Source of the DNA: Fonticula alba ATCC 38817
Taxonomy: Eukaryota > Protista > Nucleariida
NCBI GenBank assembly: GCA_000388065.2
Contig: KB932202.1
Reading direction: 5' to 3' (one strand)
DNA length: 32,027 nt
The notes beneath the pieces are model-generated. The model was not told the origin of the DNA, did no database searches, and was given only the letters and a program-made list of their open reading frames with translations. Shown here one piece after another: positions 29,837-32,027 of this stretch. Within the stretch, counting starts at the first letter, position 1. The number at the start of each line of letters is the position of its first letter. The translations under genes were made by a program, and so were the position numbers.

Positions 29837-31396
29837 ATGCAGACCGTGCGCGGCTGGACGATCACTCGCGTGGATCCCGAGCCCCTGACGCGCAGCCTGC
29901 AGACGATCCCCCTTTGGTCGATCGTGGCCGAGGCGTCGGCCTCCTCCGGGCTGCTGCGGCTGTCGGCCCTGCAGCAGCAGTGCTTTTCGCACCTGCGCCG
30001 GGTCCGGCGCCTTGACCGCTCCCCCGGCACGTCGGCAGCCCCGCCGGCCCGGCCGATGACCCAGATCCTGCTCTGCCAGCCGACCGACCCGGCCGACCGG
30101 GCAGCCCCCTCGCCGCCGCCGCCGCCGCCGCCGCCCCAGGCCGTGGACGTCCCCCAGCCGGACCCCCTGGCCGAGACGCCAGACATCGTGGCCCTCTTCC
30201 GGCAGTGCGTCCGCGCTGCCTACCCCCCGGCCGATGACGGCCACCCGGCGGAGTCCCCCGCCGAGGACGCCCTCATTCGACGCCACGTGCGCCTGGTCAA
30301 TGTTCCCCGCCATGCGCCCGTCACCCTGGAGCAGTACCGCGACTGGACGCAAACCTGGCCGCTGGTGTTTCACTCGCCCCGCAAGTGCGTCCTCCTGGCC
30401 CCCGGCCCGCCTCCCCCGCCAGCACCCGGCCGCGCCCCTCCCCATTTCCCGGTGGCACTGAGCCCGCCCCTCGTACTAAGCACCCGGCCTCGCCCCCGCC
30501 ATAGGGGCCTCGTCGCCCGGGCCGAGCTCGATGCCCACCAAGCGGCCCGCGCCCTGGGCCTCCTGGAAGCCATCGCCACATCGCCCGACCGGGGCCCGGT
30601 GTCGGCCCTGCCCGATGTGGTCCTGTCCCCGGATGGGTCCTTCCTGCTCGAGGACCCGGCCGGCCTGGTGGACCTGCCGCCAACCAACAAACCCCCGGGC
30701 TCGGCCAATGCCGCCATCCTGGTTGATCCGCTGGCCCTGGACGGGACCGGGGCCCTGGTCGCCGGGGCTCTGGACCGGTCCCGCGCGGCCGGGCCCCACT
30801 TCCACCCCCTCGGCCATGCGGTGATCGCCTGCCTGGATGCCAAGGCCCGGCGGGACATTCGCCTTCTGGGGCCACGCCGGCGCGCCCTCGGCGAGCCGGT
30901 CTCCCCCTCGGCCCCGGCGACACCGGCGACATCGGCGACATCGGCCCTGGACCCGGCACCAGCGCCGACGGCCGCCCTCGGCGGCCTGCAGCTGACCAAG
31001 TCCAAAGCCGCCGCCATCCAGTCCTCCCACCTGTGCAACGGCCTGGATCTGTATGTCCTGGACGAGCCGTGCATCATGTACGCGCACCTGGCCCACGGGG
31101 CCGGCCCCCCGCCTTTCGTTTTCGAACCAGCCCGCGCCCGACTCCCCTGACCCAGACGCACGCACGCACGCACGGCCTCGGCCTCGGCCTCGGCCATTGT
31201 GCCGCCCGTCGGCCGGGGCAAAAGGTGCGCCATGGCCTTGGCGCACTCGCGCATTCGCAAGATCGTCTTCATCCGCCGACGCCCCGGGGCCGGCGCCCTC
31301 GTGTCGCATCACCGCCTCTTCGAGCTGCCGCGCATGAACCACCACTACGAGGTGTATGTCGCGACGCGTGATCCCCCGCCCGATGATGTACAATAA
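29837..31396 (+). CDS. TAD3: tRNA-specific adenosine-34 deaminase non-catalytic subunit Tad3/ADAT3; join(29837..31077,31225..31396), 470 aa
   Basis: FSHLRRVR, VPRHAPVTLEQYRDWTQTWPLVFH, FHPLGHAV (V in place of the catalytic E), LCNGLDLYVLDEPCIM|CAMALAHSR across a phase-2 GTACGC..AAG intron, and MNHHYEVY. The start context is CCACCATG. Confidence 0.93.
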
Positions 31397-31983
31397 CACG
31401 TGTGCCATCTTGACGCGGTCCGGGTGCGGCCCGCCCGGACGCCGGAAGTGCGCGAAGAGCACGGCCGGAGAGAGGGGGCGGGGGGGGGGGGGGGGACGTG
31501 CGGGGACGGCGCGCAAGCACGCCGGGCGGGGCGGAACACAACCAGGCGAGGGTGCGGGAGGGAGGGAGAAAGAGCGCGGGATATTCCACCCGCATGCGCG
31601 CGGGAAGGCCGCCCCGCCGGGCGCGCAACCGGCCCCCTTGGGGCCTGTCCTCTCGCCACCGCCGCCGCCGCTCACCTTGTCCCCCCGCCTGCTGCCTTTT
31701 ACCTTGGGCCAGATGTGCTCATGTTCTGGGGAACGGCAAATGACCGGCCCGCGTGCGCAGGGGGCGCGGGCATGGCCGGCCGGCCGGCCGGAACGTGTTC
31801 GGGCATGCTCCCACACACCGGGCCGGTGCGACGCCGGTGTGCCCCACTGTGTCGCCGGGCCGCGGCTCCGGTGGCCGCCGCCTGCGCCGCCCGCCGGCCC
31901 TCCCCGCGCGCGCCCGGCGCCCGGCCTGGGCACCGCCGCCGCCACGAGGAAGCGACCCGGCCCGGCGGGGGGAGAATGAAAAG

Positions 31984-32027
31984 ATGCAATTTGTCCGCAA
32001 TATCGTCACGCCTCGCCTGGCCGAGGG
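31984..32027 (+). CDS. Probable 5' end of the next gene (MQFVRNIVTPRLAE...), truncated by the window
   Basis: An ATG after a GC-rich promoter-like stretch, followed by an open frame of 14 mostly GC3 codons. Too short to identify. Confidence 0.3.
   Translation, partial: MQFVRNIVTPRLAE

Noticed and set aside
30800-30835. TAD3 deaminase site reads HAV instead of HAE
   Set aside because: This is the known pseudo-catalytic signature of Tad3/ADAT3, not a novelty or a sign of pseudogenisation.
26742-31396. Functional link between the tRNA cluster and neighbouring TAD3
   Set aside because: Tad2/Tad3 edits A34 anticodons, and these tRNAs have C34, G34 and G34, so none is a substrate.
31693-31703. 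TGCCTTTTACC, matching U5 snRNA loop 1
   Set aside because: The flanks (CTGCT and CTTGG) cannot form stem 1, and there is no downstream Sm site.

Overview
This is a GC-rich, microsatellite-laden eukaryotic scaffold with six N gaps. Its composition, GT(A/G)CG(T/C) donors and fungal/plant-type thioredoxin reductase suggest an amoeboid holomycotan such as Fonticula (inference). I reconstructed exon structures by hand for eight protein genes: an intronless mitoribosomal mS38/COX24-like gene (-), a 5'-truncated TetA-like MFS transporter (+), a 9-exon enlarged CDC45 (-), a 5-exon AAAP/SLC36-type amino acid permease (-), a 5-exon NAD kinase (-), a low-molecular-weight thioredoxin reductase (+) head-to-head with it, a 2-exon secreted protein with two tandem 8-Cys modules (-), and 2-exon TAD3/ADAT3 (+). 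The seven 5'-complete models sum to whole codons. Three tRNA genes (Gln-CTG, Asp-GTC, His-GTG) cluster at 26.7-28.1 kb. The best leads are the orphan 2x8-Cys secreted protein, the near-invariant C at intron position +4, the in-frame N-terminal targeting extension of the thioredoxin reductase, the NADK-TrxR divergent pair, and a diverged repeat spanning a gap upstream of TAD3. No prokaryotic, CRISPR or recognisable transposon features were seen.
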